A stretch of DNA of 64,000 nt from a virus (taxonomy: Duplodnaviria > Caudoviricetes). Of the stretch, positions 1 through 8,802 are shown piece by piece. Position 1 is the stretch's first letter; the number at the start of each line of letters is the position of its first letter. Where the stretch lies: the IMG/VR virus record IMGVR_UViG_3300026059_000005, positions 3,177-67,176 of that record; one strand, 5' to 3'. The notes under the pieces were generated by a model, which was not told where the DNA came from, did not search any database, and was given only the letters and a program-made list of their open reading frames with translations. The translations under genes and the position numbers were made by a program.

Positions 1-3000
1 TCAACGCATCTGAGGCCCATTTCCCCACTTGAGGTTTCCACCGGAAAGCGACCTCGCGGTCTTGTTCGTAGATGGCATCCGCCACGGTTTCAAGGGTCGG
101 GAAAACCGTCGGCTCGGCAGGGTCATCAACATACCTCCAGTCGAATCTCTCAGAACCCCATTGGCCGTACTGCTGCAACCCGGTCGACCAGGAGATGGAT
201 TGATACCCGTTTTCGGCGGCCCACCTGACCATCCTCTTGATGGCCAAAAGGGGCCAGGTCTTTTGGAAGGGCGCTTCCGGAACGCTGGGCCCAAGGTTTG
301 TTTCCAGGTGATTTTGGTTGAAACCTAGCTGGGCGGTTTCGAAGTTGGCATTTTTTTCATGCCAAAATTTAAACGCGTTAACACCCTCGAATGCTTCTTC
401 GATACTGCCGAACAAAGATCGGTAATCGCGCATCCCCTCCATCCCAACATGGCGCGGGCGGATCTCGTCCTGCTGCGTCATGCTCGGATTAAAATAGGCA
501 GTTGCGACAAACCCAGGGCCGTCCTGTTCGATTTTCACGATTACGCGCTTGCCGCCGCCCTTGATGGGAACGCTGAACCTTACCTCGTTGGCGGTAAACA
601 TTGTTTTTTTATCGGTTAGCCCATACATGGGATTCCCGTTGTGGAAATATTCAATGACCAAATTTGGAATGCTGCTAAGCCTGGTCGTGACGATTGCGCC
701 TGGCCCCCTGTACCGCGACTTGCGCCCCTTCTGGTGCCAGTCGCTTTGGATCTCTTCGATGAAGAGCCGGGAGCCTCCGTTCAAATCGGGCCGCTCGGTA
801 AGGCGAACATGGACGACGACATTCTCCTCGTCCCAATGGCTGCGAACGAACTTCTCGCCCAGGCGCTCTTCGGTATCCGCGCCGGGGTCTTTCATGTAAT
901 CCTCGGAATCCGCTTTGTTCCCGGTGAAACGGACAACGCCATTCTGGTTAATGACGTCATACATCGGGTGCCCGATGAAATCGGTTTCTTCCTGGTTGAG
1001 CTCGAGGCGCCAGCCGCGGGGGCTCGGCCGCGGAATGATCAGCAGCAGCTCACGATAGCTGACCGGGGTGTTCATCCCCGAATTGATTCCCTGGATATAA
1101 CCAGCGTACTTGGCAGGGTTGTAAACTTCTTTAAGTTGTTCATTGAGAGTATCCGTAACGTCGCCCATGGCGTCTTCGTAAGCGCTATAACGGGTAGACC
1201 ACGTTTTGGCCACGCCGTCTTTTATTTTGGTCACCGCCCAGGATAGCTCGCCGTAATTCAATTTTGGCTCGATCACAAACAGCCCATCCGGAAGGAGCGC
1301 TGAAAACGTGGGGCCCATGCTGTCGGCCAAATCCCATTCAGCCTCTTCGTAGTTTATGATGGCCTCTCCAAAGCGGTTCCGGAGAGCGTCATCGACAGAT
1401 AGTTGCCCCAGGGTGGCGTTTTTTCGGGCCTCTTTTTTTATGAACTCAACGATTGCCATTTGGTCATCGTCGAGAAGCTGGATGATAATATCTGAACCTT
1501 CTCCGATGTTCATGTATTCCAGTATCGGGTTAGATTTCCCCCAATCAATATAGTGGGTGCCGTCATCCTCTGGCGGCTTAATGTCATATTGCCCGTAAAT
1601 TTCCTTGGGAATGCCCACCTGATGAACCGTTTCCACCACGCGGATGTTGCTGTTTGCCAGGTATTCGAGAATATCCTTGGTGGTCATCTTCTTGCTGGGA
1701 TTCAACGCAATGTATTCGCGCAGTCCGGACCAGTCGACCTCTTCCTCCTTGATATCGCCCTTCTTGGCCCAGGCGTTGACCGCTTTCAAAATCTGGTCCA
1801 CCGGGCCCGCCAGCTTGCGCTCTTTGATCACTTCCTCCATCTGCGAATAGAAGGGGCTCGGTCGCACGTTGCGCATGGAAAACAGCGGCATCCCCATTTG
1901 GACCGACCGCAGCTTGATCTCGGGGGTGATGGCGAACGCCGGGACCGTTTCGAATTTTTCTCCGCCCTCAAGAGGATGTAGCAGCTTGAACGCCTCGGGG
2001 TAATCGCGTTCAATTACTTTGTGAATCAATACCCCATTCAGGTTGCGTCCATTTTCGATCGATTTCGCGAACTCTTTTGCCTCTTTCCAGTTTTCTTTGT
2101 AGGCCGCATCATCGGATGGCTTTCGGTTCATGGCCTCAGAGCGGATGGCGTCGGCGATCTCCGCACGCTCTGTCTGGCTGTAGTCCCATTTGACGAATTC
2201 TTTTTCGCCGATCGGAATCCTGAGGGTTCCCACCCGGGCCTTTCCCCAGGCCGGCCGGTCGAAGAAACGATTCATTTCAGCTGGAAGGATCCGTTCATAA
2301 AAGCCGACCATGCCCTCGCCGCCGATGTCCAGGTCCACGCCCTTGAAGCTTTCGTACCCGGCCTCCACGCCCTTGAGTTTTTCCACCGCTTTTTTGGTGA
2401 GCTCCTTGCCGATGACCCCTTCCATCTTTTCTGGAGTAAGGTTGTCAAAAGTCTTGATAGGATTCAGCGTGCCTTTTTCGTAGGCCCGCACTTCATATCG
2501 GCCGCCTTTATCTTTTCGGACCATCACTTCGCTGATCCGCGTGCTCAACTTGTAGCGGTCGGCCTGCATCTTGCCGGTGGTCCAGGCCACCTGGTCATAT
2601 CCGTTTTCAGCCGCGTAGCGGATAATCCTTTTCATCGCCAACATGGCCCAGCTCCCCGTGTCTTGCACAAAGGGGCCGGCCGGAATGCCACGCCCAAGAT
2701 TCTTATTGTTCTCTGCTTGCAGCTCTCTCAAAACCGCTTGAGCTTCAGGTGTTCCGTTGGTGCCCTCATCAACAAACTTAAACCATTGCGCCTGCAAGGC
2801 AGCTTGTTTGACAGGATCGAAACCTTCTTGCTGGAATCCCTCCTTCCGCCCCTTTTGCCCCCAATCGCTTTGAACCTCCTGCAGGAAAAGGACTTTAATC
2901 GGAGGGGTGTATGGCGTGCCGTCAGCGGATGTGTAACGCTCGTCGAAGCGAATGTGAGCCAGAATATCTGGTTCCTGGTAGTGTGTGGAGCGGAAAGACT

Positions 3001-6000
3001 CTCGGTCTACAAGCTGTTTTTTCTGGTTACTGAGCCGATCAAATTCTGCATCATTACCGCTTTTCGCGGCCTCTTTCATTTTTCGCGTTAGCTCTCTTCT
3101 TTCTGCTTCATAGCTCTTTGCCGGCAACAGCAGCAGCAGCTCCCGGTAGCTTCCTTTTTTACCGCCGGGTATATTCAAATCAGGTGCTTTGTCGGGACCG
3201 AAAACGGCTGAACTTTCATCGCGCCTGACGGTATCGGCCACAATCTCGATCAGCCGCAGATCTTCTTGGGGAACCATTTCGAGCTCTGCAAGATTTGACC
3301 GGTAATCGCTCAGCGCGATGAGGGTGGAGCCGTATTTTCTCGGCAACATAATTTCGTTGGGGTAGGGCTCGCCATCCATGTTCTCCGAATATTCGATGGC
3401 GTAGCCGCGGTCCTCGAGCTCACCGATCGCCTCCTGGGCCGCCGCGATGGATTCCTGATCAAAAGATCCTTTGAGCACCTCCTCCACCCGGATGTTGTTT
3501 GTGGCCAGGTAATCGAGCACCTGGCGCTTGGTGACCTTGCCGGTTTGCTCGGCGGCCCAGTTCTCGATTCCGGACCACATCAGCTCGTCGCGGCTGATCT
3601 GTCCAGACCGGACATAGCTTTCCAGCAGGGGCATCAGATCGCCTGCAGGTACGCGCCCGGGCATCTTGTCCGCGATGTGCGCTTCCATCCGCGAATACCA
3701 GACGGGACCAGGGGCCGACTCTGGCCGGCGCATAGACGCCTTGAGGTCGGGGGTTCTGCCGATCGCCTTGAGGGCCTTACCCATTTCGATCGTACCGCGG
3801 CGGGTGAGCTCGGCGAAATCGGTCCCGGTGTGGTAGGAGCCATGGGCGCAGGTCGACTGGCAGGTTTGACAGGCGTCCTTGCTGGCGGAGATCCCGCAGC
3901 AAAGCGAGGAAGGATCTTTGCGCAAATGGCCGGCGAGAACGCTGAAGATCTTTTCCTGGTCGGCAGGCTTGTAGTTCGCCTTGATGTATTCCTCTACCTT
4001 GGTGTAGGGCTCCGACTCGCCGGCCTCGAGGCTCGCCTTTTCCTTTTGGCGCAGGATCCGCCATTCGCCGTCGACCTTGCGTACCGCGATCTGATACTTG
4101 AAGTTAAGCGCGTTGGCCTGGGTGATTGGAGCCCCTTCGATGTCGGACCACATCCCCGGGCGCAGCTTGGCGTGCATCCAGGTCTGGAGCACCTCCGGCA
4201 TCCGGAGGGCGTATTCGGCGATCTCCTTGGGCGTGGCCACCACGACCCTCGGTAGGAACTTCAGCTTGGGATACTTTTTCGCCAGGCCCTTCAGTTGCTC
4301 CCAGCTGTAGCCGTATTTGCGGAACACCTTCCCGTTGAGAACTTTAGCCTCGCGGTGGAATTCCTTCTTGATGGTGTCGGCCGCGCCCTGCAGGTCGCCG
4401 GCGTTGATCTTGTCGATGACCCCCAGGCGCCGGGTGGCGGAGCCCGCAACGTCGTCCACGCCCATGACCTCGACCCAGTAGGGATCGATGGAGGTCTGGA
4501 TCACGGTGTTCGCCGCGAGCGTGCTGCCGATCTTTTTGGATTTGCGGATCCGGTCGATCACCTCCATGGTGGCGTCCTGCTTGGTGATAACCTTGAGCAT
4601 CAGGCCGCGCATTTCGGCGTGCCGGAATATGTCCGCCCATTGGCCAAAGTCCTGGATCTGCGTGTCGCCCATCCCGTTGACGCGCAGGCCGCCGGCAGCG
4701 TTCAGCCGGGCGACGTCGCCGTCCTTCATCTGCAGGATCTCCGCGGTGTACATGGCGGAGTTATAATAGTTCACGATCTGGCCGGCCTGGGCCAGGCCCA
4801 CCACATAGCACCCGTCGATGTAGCAACCATGAAGGCCGACGGTCATCATGGGGCACATCGTGTTCAGGTTGAGGGCGGCCATGGTCTTGTCGGCTTTGCG
4901 CAGGGGCCGGCCGATGGCGTAGTCCTTCTTGCTCGCCATGTTGGCAAACGTGAGCCCCAGCTCGCCTTTCACGGCAATGGCCGGATCGCTGTAGGCCTCC
5001 TCGATGGAGCGCACGATGGCGCGGCGGAACGATTCCGCGGTGTCGGGATCCGTTGAATGCAGGGCATCAAGATAGGTCTGGGCAAAAGACCGGTAGAACC
5101 CCTTGAACCTCGGGACGATGTCGCCCTTCTTGTTGAACTTGCCCTGGCCGGTGTCGACCTTGGTCCTGGCCTCGATGTCGTCTTTGAGGATGTGGCCGTT
5201 TTTGTCCAGGATCCGCACGCCGGCCCGCCGCTCGATCTGGCGGATCTTCTTGACCATGTAGGGATTGGCGTCCAGCTGGGCGTCGATGTTCTGCCAATGC
5301 TGGGGCGGCCTTCCACCGCCGCCCAGGCCCAGGGCCCGGTCAAGCACGGCCAAAGCGTCGAGGTCGTTTCCGATCGCGATGTCTTCGGCGCTCATCATCC
5401 CGCGCTCGAATGCCCGGTTGATATCCCTCCGGCGCAGGCTGAACGTGCCCTTGAGCTCGGAGATCGAGCGCTTCTCGTCGTTCATCTGGAGGATGGCGGC
5501 GCCTGAATTGCTGAACGGAACAATTACCCTGCCAAGCGTGTTCTTTTCCGTAAGCGATTCTCCAGCCTCCAGGACATCCATCACTCGATTTCCCGCGCTT
5601 ATACCGCCGGCCACCCGGCCGATAAATACGCGCATCTCGGGAGATAGCTTGGTTGGAGAAACAAATATCAAACCGTTGGAGTTGGTGATCTCCATCGCCT
5701 TGACGATTTCGGCGAATGCGTCTAGCTGGGTCAAGTGGCTCAAGTTGTTAAGCCACCCCATGACGTTGTTCTGATTGTCCAGCAGCATGATGCCAGCGGT
5801 GTTGGGGTGGTTATCGGCGAGCCATTTTTTCGCATCGTCCGGTTTGGCCAAATGCGCTCCGACTCCGCTGGACGTCGCCGCCAGGAAGCGTTCCTTCACC
5901 GGGATCTTGAGCGTGCGCACGGTCGGACGGATCGACCGCGGTACCTGAAATTCTTTCGAATGCGAGCTGATGTCGACAAATTTGGAGCCCCCGATCACCA

Positions 6001-8611
6001 GCGAATGGACTCGAATGCCCTCGGCAGCCCCCAGGGCCTCAAGCCTTTGCGCCATTCCGATATCCTCGACGCTGGGCTCAACGCCACCAGACGGGTGGTT
6101 GTGGGCGAAGACAACCGCCTTGGTTCCCGGGGTGTTCCCGGCTCGGCCCATAACCTCAACCGGGTCCACATTGGCCGAATTTTTAGTTCCCTTGCTGTAG
6201 CGATGGATCTCAAGCACGGTCCCATCGCCGCCCAGCATGACGACAAACGCATTCTCCTGGGCCGCTTTACGAATCGGAGCCAGCAGGCTCGCAGCGTCAT
6301 CTACGGACAAGACCACATTGCCGGCCGCGGCGATGTGACCGGTGGTCTGTACCTTGACCCGGAAGATCTTTTCGAGGTTGACCCCTGGGACTTCGGGCGG
6401 TTTCAGGTCAAAGAGCGCGAGCTGCTTTTTCCCGGCCCTCTTCTTGACGCTGAATTTCGGCTCGTCCAGCTCGGTGTCGCGGGCGGCGGCGAGGGCCTCC
6501 GCAAGCTTCATCCCCTTCGCGTCCATCTCGTCGGCGTGCCCCTCGGCCGCCATGACCGCCTCATGCAGGAACTGGGCGCGGTAGGCCTGGGTCATCGCTT
6601 GCTCAAGGGCCTCGAGCTCGGGGGCCTGCGTGAGCTTCTTGGCGCGGTCGTTAATGAGGGTGTACAGCCGGCGCATCTCGTCGACTTGCTCGATCGTGGC
6701 AATCCGGCCGAATGCGATCGCATCGTTGCTGCCGATGAACTCCGGGATCCCCAGCTCGGATTCCACATTCATCCGGACGCTGGCGGTGATGTCGGTCTTG
6801 GTGGGGTCGAACGTCCCGATATTTCCGATCGAGGACTTGATCTGCGTAGGCTCAAAGGGCATGAAATGCACGGCCCCTATGACCCCCTGCATCCCAGGAA
6901 GACGCACGCCCATGGCCCCACGACGCGGCCCAAAGTGCCTTTCGGCGTCCATCACGATACCGTCGTAGCCCAGCTCCTTGACGATATCTTTCAGTATCGC
7001 CCCGCTGGAAATCGAATCGCCGGTGTCGGGATCGACAGGATACAGCTCCGCCAGGACTGCCATGATATCGCCGCCGCCGATCTCGGAGCCATCCACCATC
7101 ATTTCGTAAAGCTTGCCGGCAACGTCGTTGATCTCTCTTTCGGAAACTTCATACCAGCCCAACACCTCGCGTAGCGCCTCAATCAGCTTGACGCCCTCGC
7201 CGCGCTCCTCGACGACCTCTTCGCCGTCCTCGGAATACTCTATTTCAATGCCGATGGGCGTGTAGCTCTTGCCCATGCTCTTAACATCGTCCAGGTAGAA
7301 CGGCTTCTCCATTTTCAGGAAGGCAGGATAGATCGCGCCCTCATGCTTGCCGGCGATCGCGTTTTTGGCGGCCATGGAGATGGCCTCATCCAGATACTCA
7401 TCCCGTAGCTTTTCAAATTCCTCGTCGGTATCGAGCAAATCGTTTACGTCAACATCGCCAAGTATCTCGGGGTTCTCCCAGAAATAATCGCTCAGCAGAT
7501 CGCGCGCTTCATCATTTCCGACGTCGCCATACTTTTCTTTTTCAAGCTCGATCCGGCTGGTAAGGTCAGGGCCCATGCCGGCATAGTTGGCGTTCACATC
7601 GTCATAAGAAGAGGAAAAATAGAACCCCTTTCCCATGTAGTTTCCTACATGACCTCGGGTGTCGCTAAAAGACTTAAAGTCGTGGGTGCTGCCATGGAAC
7701 ACGACCATGGGCTTGCCTTTTTTGTCCACGATCTGGGACTTGCCGAACCACTTCTTGAACGCCTTGGTATTGGTATTGACCGATGCCCGCAGGGGGCGGG
7801 CGCGTACCAGGGTGCCCGGAGTGATCTCCGCCCCCGGCCAATTGCGCCGGGCCCGCTCGAGGGCGTGCTCGTAATTCATGCCCTTGATCGCGTCTATCCA
7901 CTCATCGCCCCCGGGGTATTTCACCGTGACGTTGAGCTCCGCCGGGTACCGGGTTTCCTCGAACCCCTTCTGGTCGCCCGGCTTCCCGAATCCCATGAGG
8001 TTGTCAGGGACGTTCGCATAGGGGCGATTGGGATCCCGGGTGAACCGCGGCTTGGGCTCACGGTACATCGACTCGCGCATGGTGAAATCCTTGCGCCGGC
8101 CCTTGTTTTCGACAAACCCGAAATTCTTGTAGAACTTGACCAGGCGCCTCCTGGAGGTGGTCCCGTGGAAATCGTCCTTCGTCGCCGGGGTCAGGTAGAC
8201 GTACTTGCCATCGCGGTCGGCCAGGTTGACGATGTCCCGCATCACGCTCGAGCCGATCCCACGCCGGCGCTCGCCCTTGGGAACGATGAGCGAGAACAAG
8301 GTGATGCCACCCTTCGAGCTCGGGTGCTGGGTTTCCGACAAGGAAATGGTGACCCCCCGGGCCTCCCACTTGTCCTGGATATCCTGAATGGTATTGAGCT
8401 CCGCCGGCGCCGCGGGGGCCTTCTCCCGGACCTGGCCCTCGATGTCCTTGCGCTCGTCCTTCAGCTGCGCGATGTAGTCCTTGACCGCCTCGACGGCGGC
8501 CTTATGAGCTTCGTATCCTTCGGCCCGGTAGTCTTTCACCGCGCCGTTGATGATCGCTTGCTCATGCGCTTCGAGGCCTATCTTGGAAAGGCATTTTTTA
8601 AGGGAGCTCAT
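1..8611 (-). CDS. Giant polyvalent (ejection/internal virion) protein, N-terminal >2870 aa, runs off the left edge. Domains: GNAT, ART, JAB x2, radical-SAM-like, QSDW domain x2
   Basis: Not in the ORF track. ATG at 8611 overlaps the upstream stop (TGATG). Manual translation in the frame with codon starts = 1 mod 3 was open at all segments checked down to base 2. Motifs: ERRRGIGSSVM...LVKFYKNFGF (GNAT); KWFGKSQIVDKKGKPMVVFHGS...GKGFYFS...QIKSSIGNIGTFD (ART); QEN...AHNHPSGGVEPSVED (JAMM); CPMMTVGLHGCYIDGCY; LQEVQSDWGQKGR and IEEIQSDWHQKGR. Confidence 0.9.
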   Translation of the reverse strand, partial: MSSLKKCLSKIGLEAHEQAIINGAVKDYRAEGYEAHKAAVEAVKDYIAQLKDERKDIEGQVREKAPAAPAELNTIQDIQDKWEARGVTISLSETQHPSSKGGITLFSLIVPKGERRRGIGSSVMRDIVNLADRDGKYVYLTPATKDDFHGTTSRRRLVKFYKNFGFVENKGRRKDFTMRESMYREPKPRFTRDPNRPYANVPDNLMGFGKPGDQKGFEETRYPAELNVTVKYPGGDEWIDAIKGMNYEHALERARRNWPGAEITPGTLVRARPLRASVNTNTKAFKKWFGKSQIVDKKGKPMVVFHGSTHDFKSFSDTRGHVGNYMGKGFYFSSSYDDVNANYAGMGPDLTSRIELEKEKYGDVGNDEARDLLSDYFWENPEILGDVDVNDLLDTDEEFEKLRDEYLDEAISMAAKNAIAGKHEGAIYPAFLKMEKPFYLDDVKSMGKSYTPIGIEIEYSEDGEEVVEERGEGVKLIEALREVLGWYEVSEREINDVAGKLYEMMVDGSEIGGGDIMAVLAELYPVDPDTGDSISSGAILKDIVKELGYDGIVMDAERHFGPRRGAMGVRLPGMQGVIGAVHFMPFEPTQIKSSIGNIGTFDPTKTDITASVRMNVESELGIPEFIGSNDAIAFGRIATIEQVDEMRRLYTLINDRAKKLTQAPELEALEQAMTQAYRAQFLHEAVMAAEGHADEMDAKGMKLAEALAAARDTELDEPKFSVKKRAGKKQLALFDLKPPEVPGVNLEKIFRVKVQTTGHIAAAGNVVLSVDDAASLLAPIRKAAQENAFVVMLGGDGTVLEIHRYSKGTKNSANVDPVEVMGRAGNTPGTKAVVFAHNHPSGGVEPSVEDIGMAQRLEALGAAEGIRVHSLVIGGSKFVDISSHSKEFQVPRSIRPTVRTLKIPVKERFLAATSSGVGAHLAKPDDAKKWLADNHPNTAGIMLLDNQNNVMGWLNNLSHLTQLDAFAEIVKAMEITNSNGLIFVSPTKLSPEMRVFIGRVAGGISAGNRVMDVLEAGESLTEKNTLGRVIVPFSNSGAAILQMNDEKRSISELKGTFSLRRRDINRAFERGMMSAEDIAIGNDLDALAVLDRALGLGGGGRPPQHWQNIDAQLDANPYMVKKIRQIERRAGVRILDKNGHILKDDIEARTKVDTGQGKFNKKGDIVPRFKGFYRSFAQTYLDALHSTDPDTAESFRRAIVRSIEEAYSDPAIAVKGELGLTFANMASKKDYAIGRPLRKADKTMAALNLNTMCPMMTVGLHGCYIDGCYVVGLAQAGQIVNYYNSAMYTAEILQMKDGDVARLNAAGGLRVNGMGDTQIQDFGQWADIFRHAEMRGLMLKVITKQDATMEVIDRIRKSKKIGSTLAANTVIQTSIDPYWVEVMGVDDVAGSATRRLGVIDKINAGDLQGAADTIKKEFHREAKVLNGKVFRKYGYSWEQLKGLAKKYPKLKFLPRVVVATPKEIAEYALRMPEVLQTWMHAKLRPGMWSDIEGAPITQANALNFKYQIAVRKVDGEWRILRQKEKASLEAGESEPYTKVEEYIKANYKPADQEKIFSVLAGHLRKDPSSLCCGISASKDACQTCQSTCAHGSYHTGTDFAELTRRGTIEMGKALKAIGRTPDLKASMRRPESAPGPVWYSRMEAHIADKMPGRVPAGDLMPLLESYVRSGQISRDELMWSGIENWAAEQTGKVTKRQVLDYLATNNIRVEEVLKGSFDQESIAAAQEAIGELEDRGYAIEYSENMDGEPYPNEIMLPRKYGSTLIALSDYRSNLAELEMVPQEDLRLIEIVADTVRRDESSAVFGPDKAPDLNIPGGKKGSYRELLLLLPAKSYEAERRELTRKMKEAAKSGNDAEFDRLSNQKKQLVDRESFRSTHYQEPDILAHIRFDERYTSADGTPYTPPIKVLFLQEVQSDWGQKGRKEGFQQEGFDPVKQAALQAQWFKFVDEGTNGTPEAQAVLRELQAENNKNLGRGIPAGPFVQDTGSWAMLAMKRIIRYAAENGYDQVAWTTGKMQADRYKLSTRISEVMVRKDKGGRYEVRAYEKGTLNPIKTFDNLTPEKMEGVIGKELTKKAVEKLKGVEAGYESFKGVDLDIGGEGMVGFYERILPAEMNRFFDRPAWGKARVGTLRIPIGEKEFVKWDYSQTERAEIADAIRSEAMNRKPSDDAAYKENWKEAKEFAKSIENGRNLNGVLIHKVIERDYPEAFKLLHPLEGGEKFETVPAFAITPEIKLRSVQMGMPLFSMRNVRPSPFYSQMEEVIKERKLAGPVDQILKAVNAWAKKGDIKEEEVDWSGLREYIALNPSKKMTTKDILEYLANSNIRVVETVHQVGIPKEIYGQYDIKPPEDDGTHYIDWGKSNPILEYMNIGEGSDIIIQLLDDDQMAIVEFIKKEARKNATLGQLSVDDALRNRFGEAIINYEEAEWDLADSMGPTFSALLPDGLFVIEPKLNYGELSWAVTKIKDGVAKTWSTRYSAYEDAMGDVTDTLNEQLKEVYNPAKYAGYIQGINSGMNTPVSYRELLLIIPRPSPRGWRLELNQEETDFIGHPMYDVINQNGVVRFTGNKADSEDYMKDPGADTEERLGEKFVRSHWDEENVVVHVRLTERPDLNGGSRLFIEEIQSDWHQKGRKSRYRGPGAIVTTRLSSIPNLVIEYFHNGNPMYGLTDKKTMFTANEVRFSVPIKGGGKRVIVKIEQDGPGFVATAYFNPSMTQQDEIRPRHVGMEGMRDYRSLFGSIEEAFEGVNAFKFWHEKNANFETAQLGFNQNHLETNLGPSVPEAPFQKTWPLLAIKRMVRWAAENGYQSISWSTGLQQYGQWGSERFDWRYVDDPAEPTVFPTLETVADAIYEQDREVAFRWKPQVGKWASDAL

Positions 8612-8802
8612 CAGTCCACCACCATTAGGATTATGGTCACAAACTCAAGAATCTCGTTGTCGTCGGTGATGATATCGAACTGCTTGCCGGAGATCTCGTA
8701 TGCCCCGCTGTCCTTGCGCCTCACCGGGACGATGATCACCACCACCGGAGGGAAATAGGTGGGCGCGAAATACGATGCCGGGAAATAGCTTCTGGGAAAC
8801 AT
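8611..8802 (-). CDS. Small hypothetical virion-module protein with (S/T)YF(P/A) repeats
   Basis: ORF track 63 aa, MFPRSYFPASYFAPTYFPP; coupled to both neighbours. Confidence 0.6.
   Translation of the reverse strand: MFPRSYFPASYFAPTYFPPVVVIIVPVRRKDSGAYEISGKQFDIITDDNEILEFVTIILMVVD

Noticed and set aside
641-8758. Long plus-strand ORFs (e.g. 2021-3091, 5735-7174, 7649-8758) and many similar ORFs opposite other genes
   Set aside because: Antisense shadow frames of GC-rich minus-strand genes, with no recognisable motifs, RBSs or operon logic.
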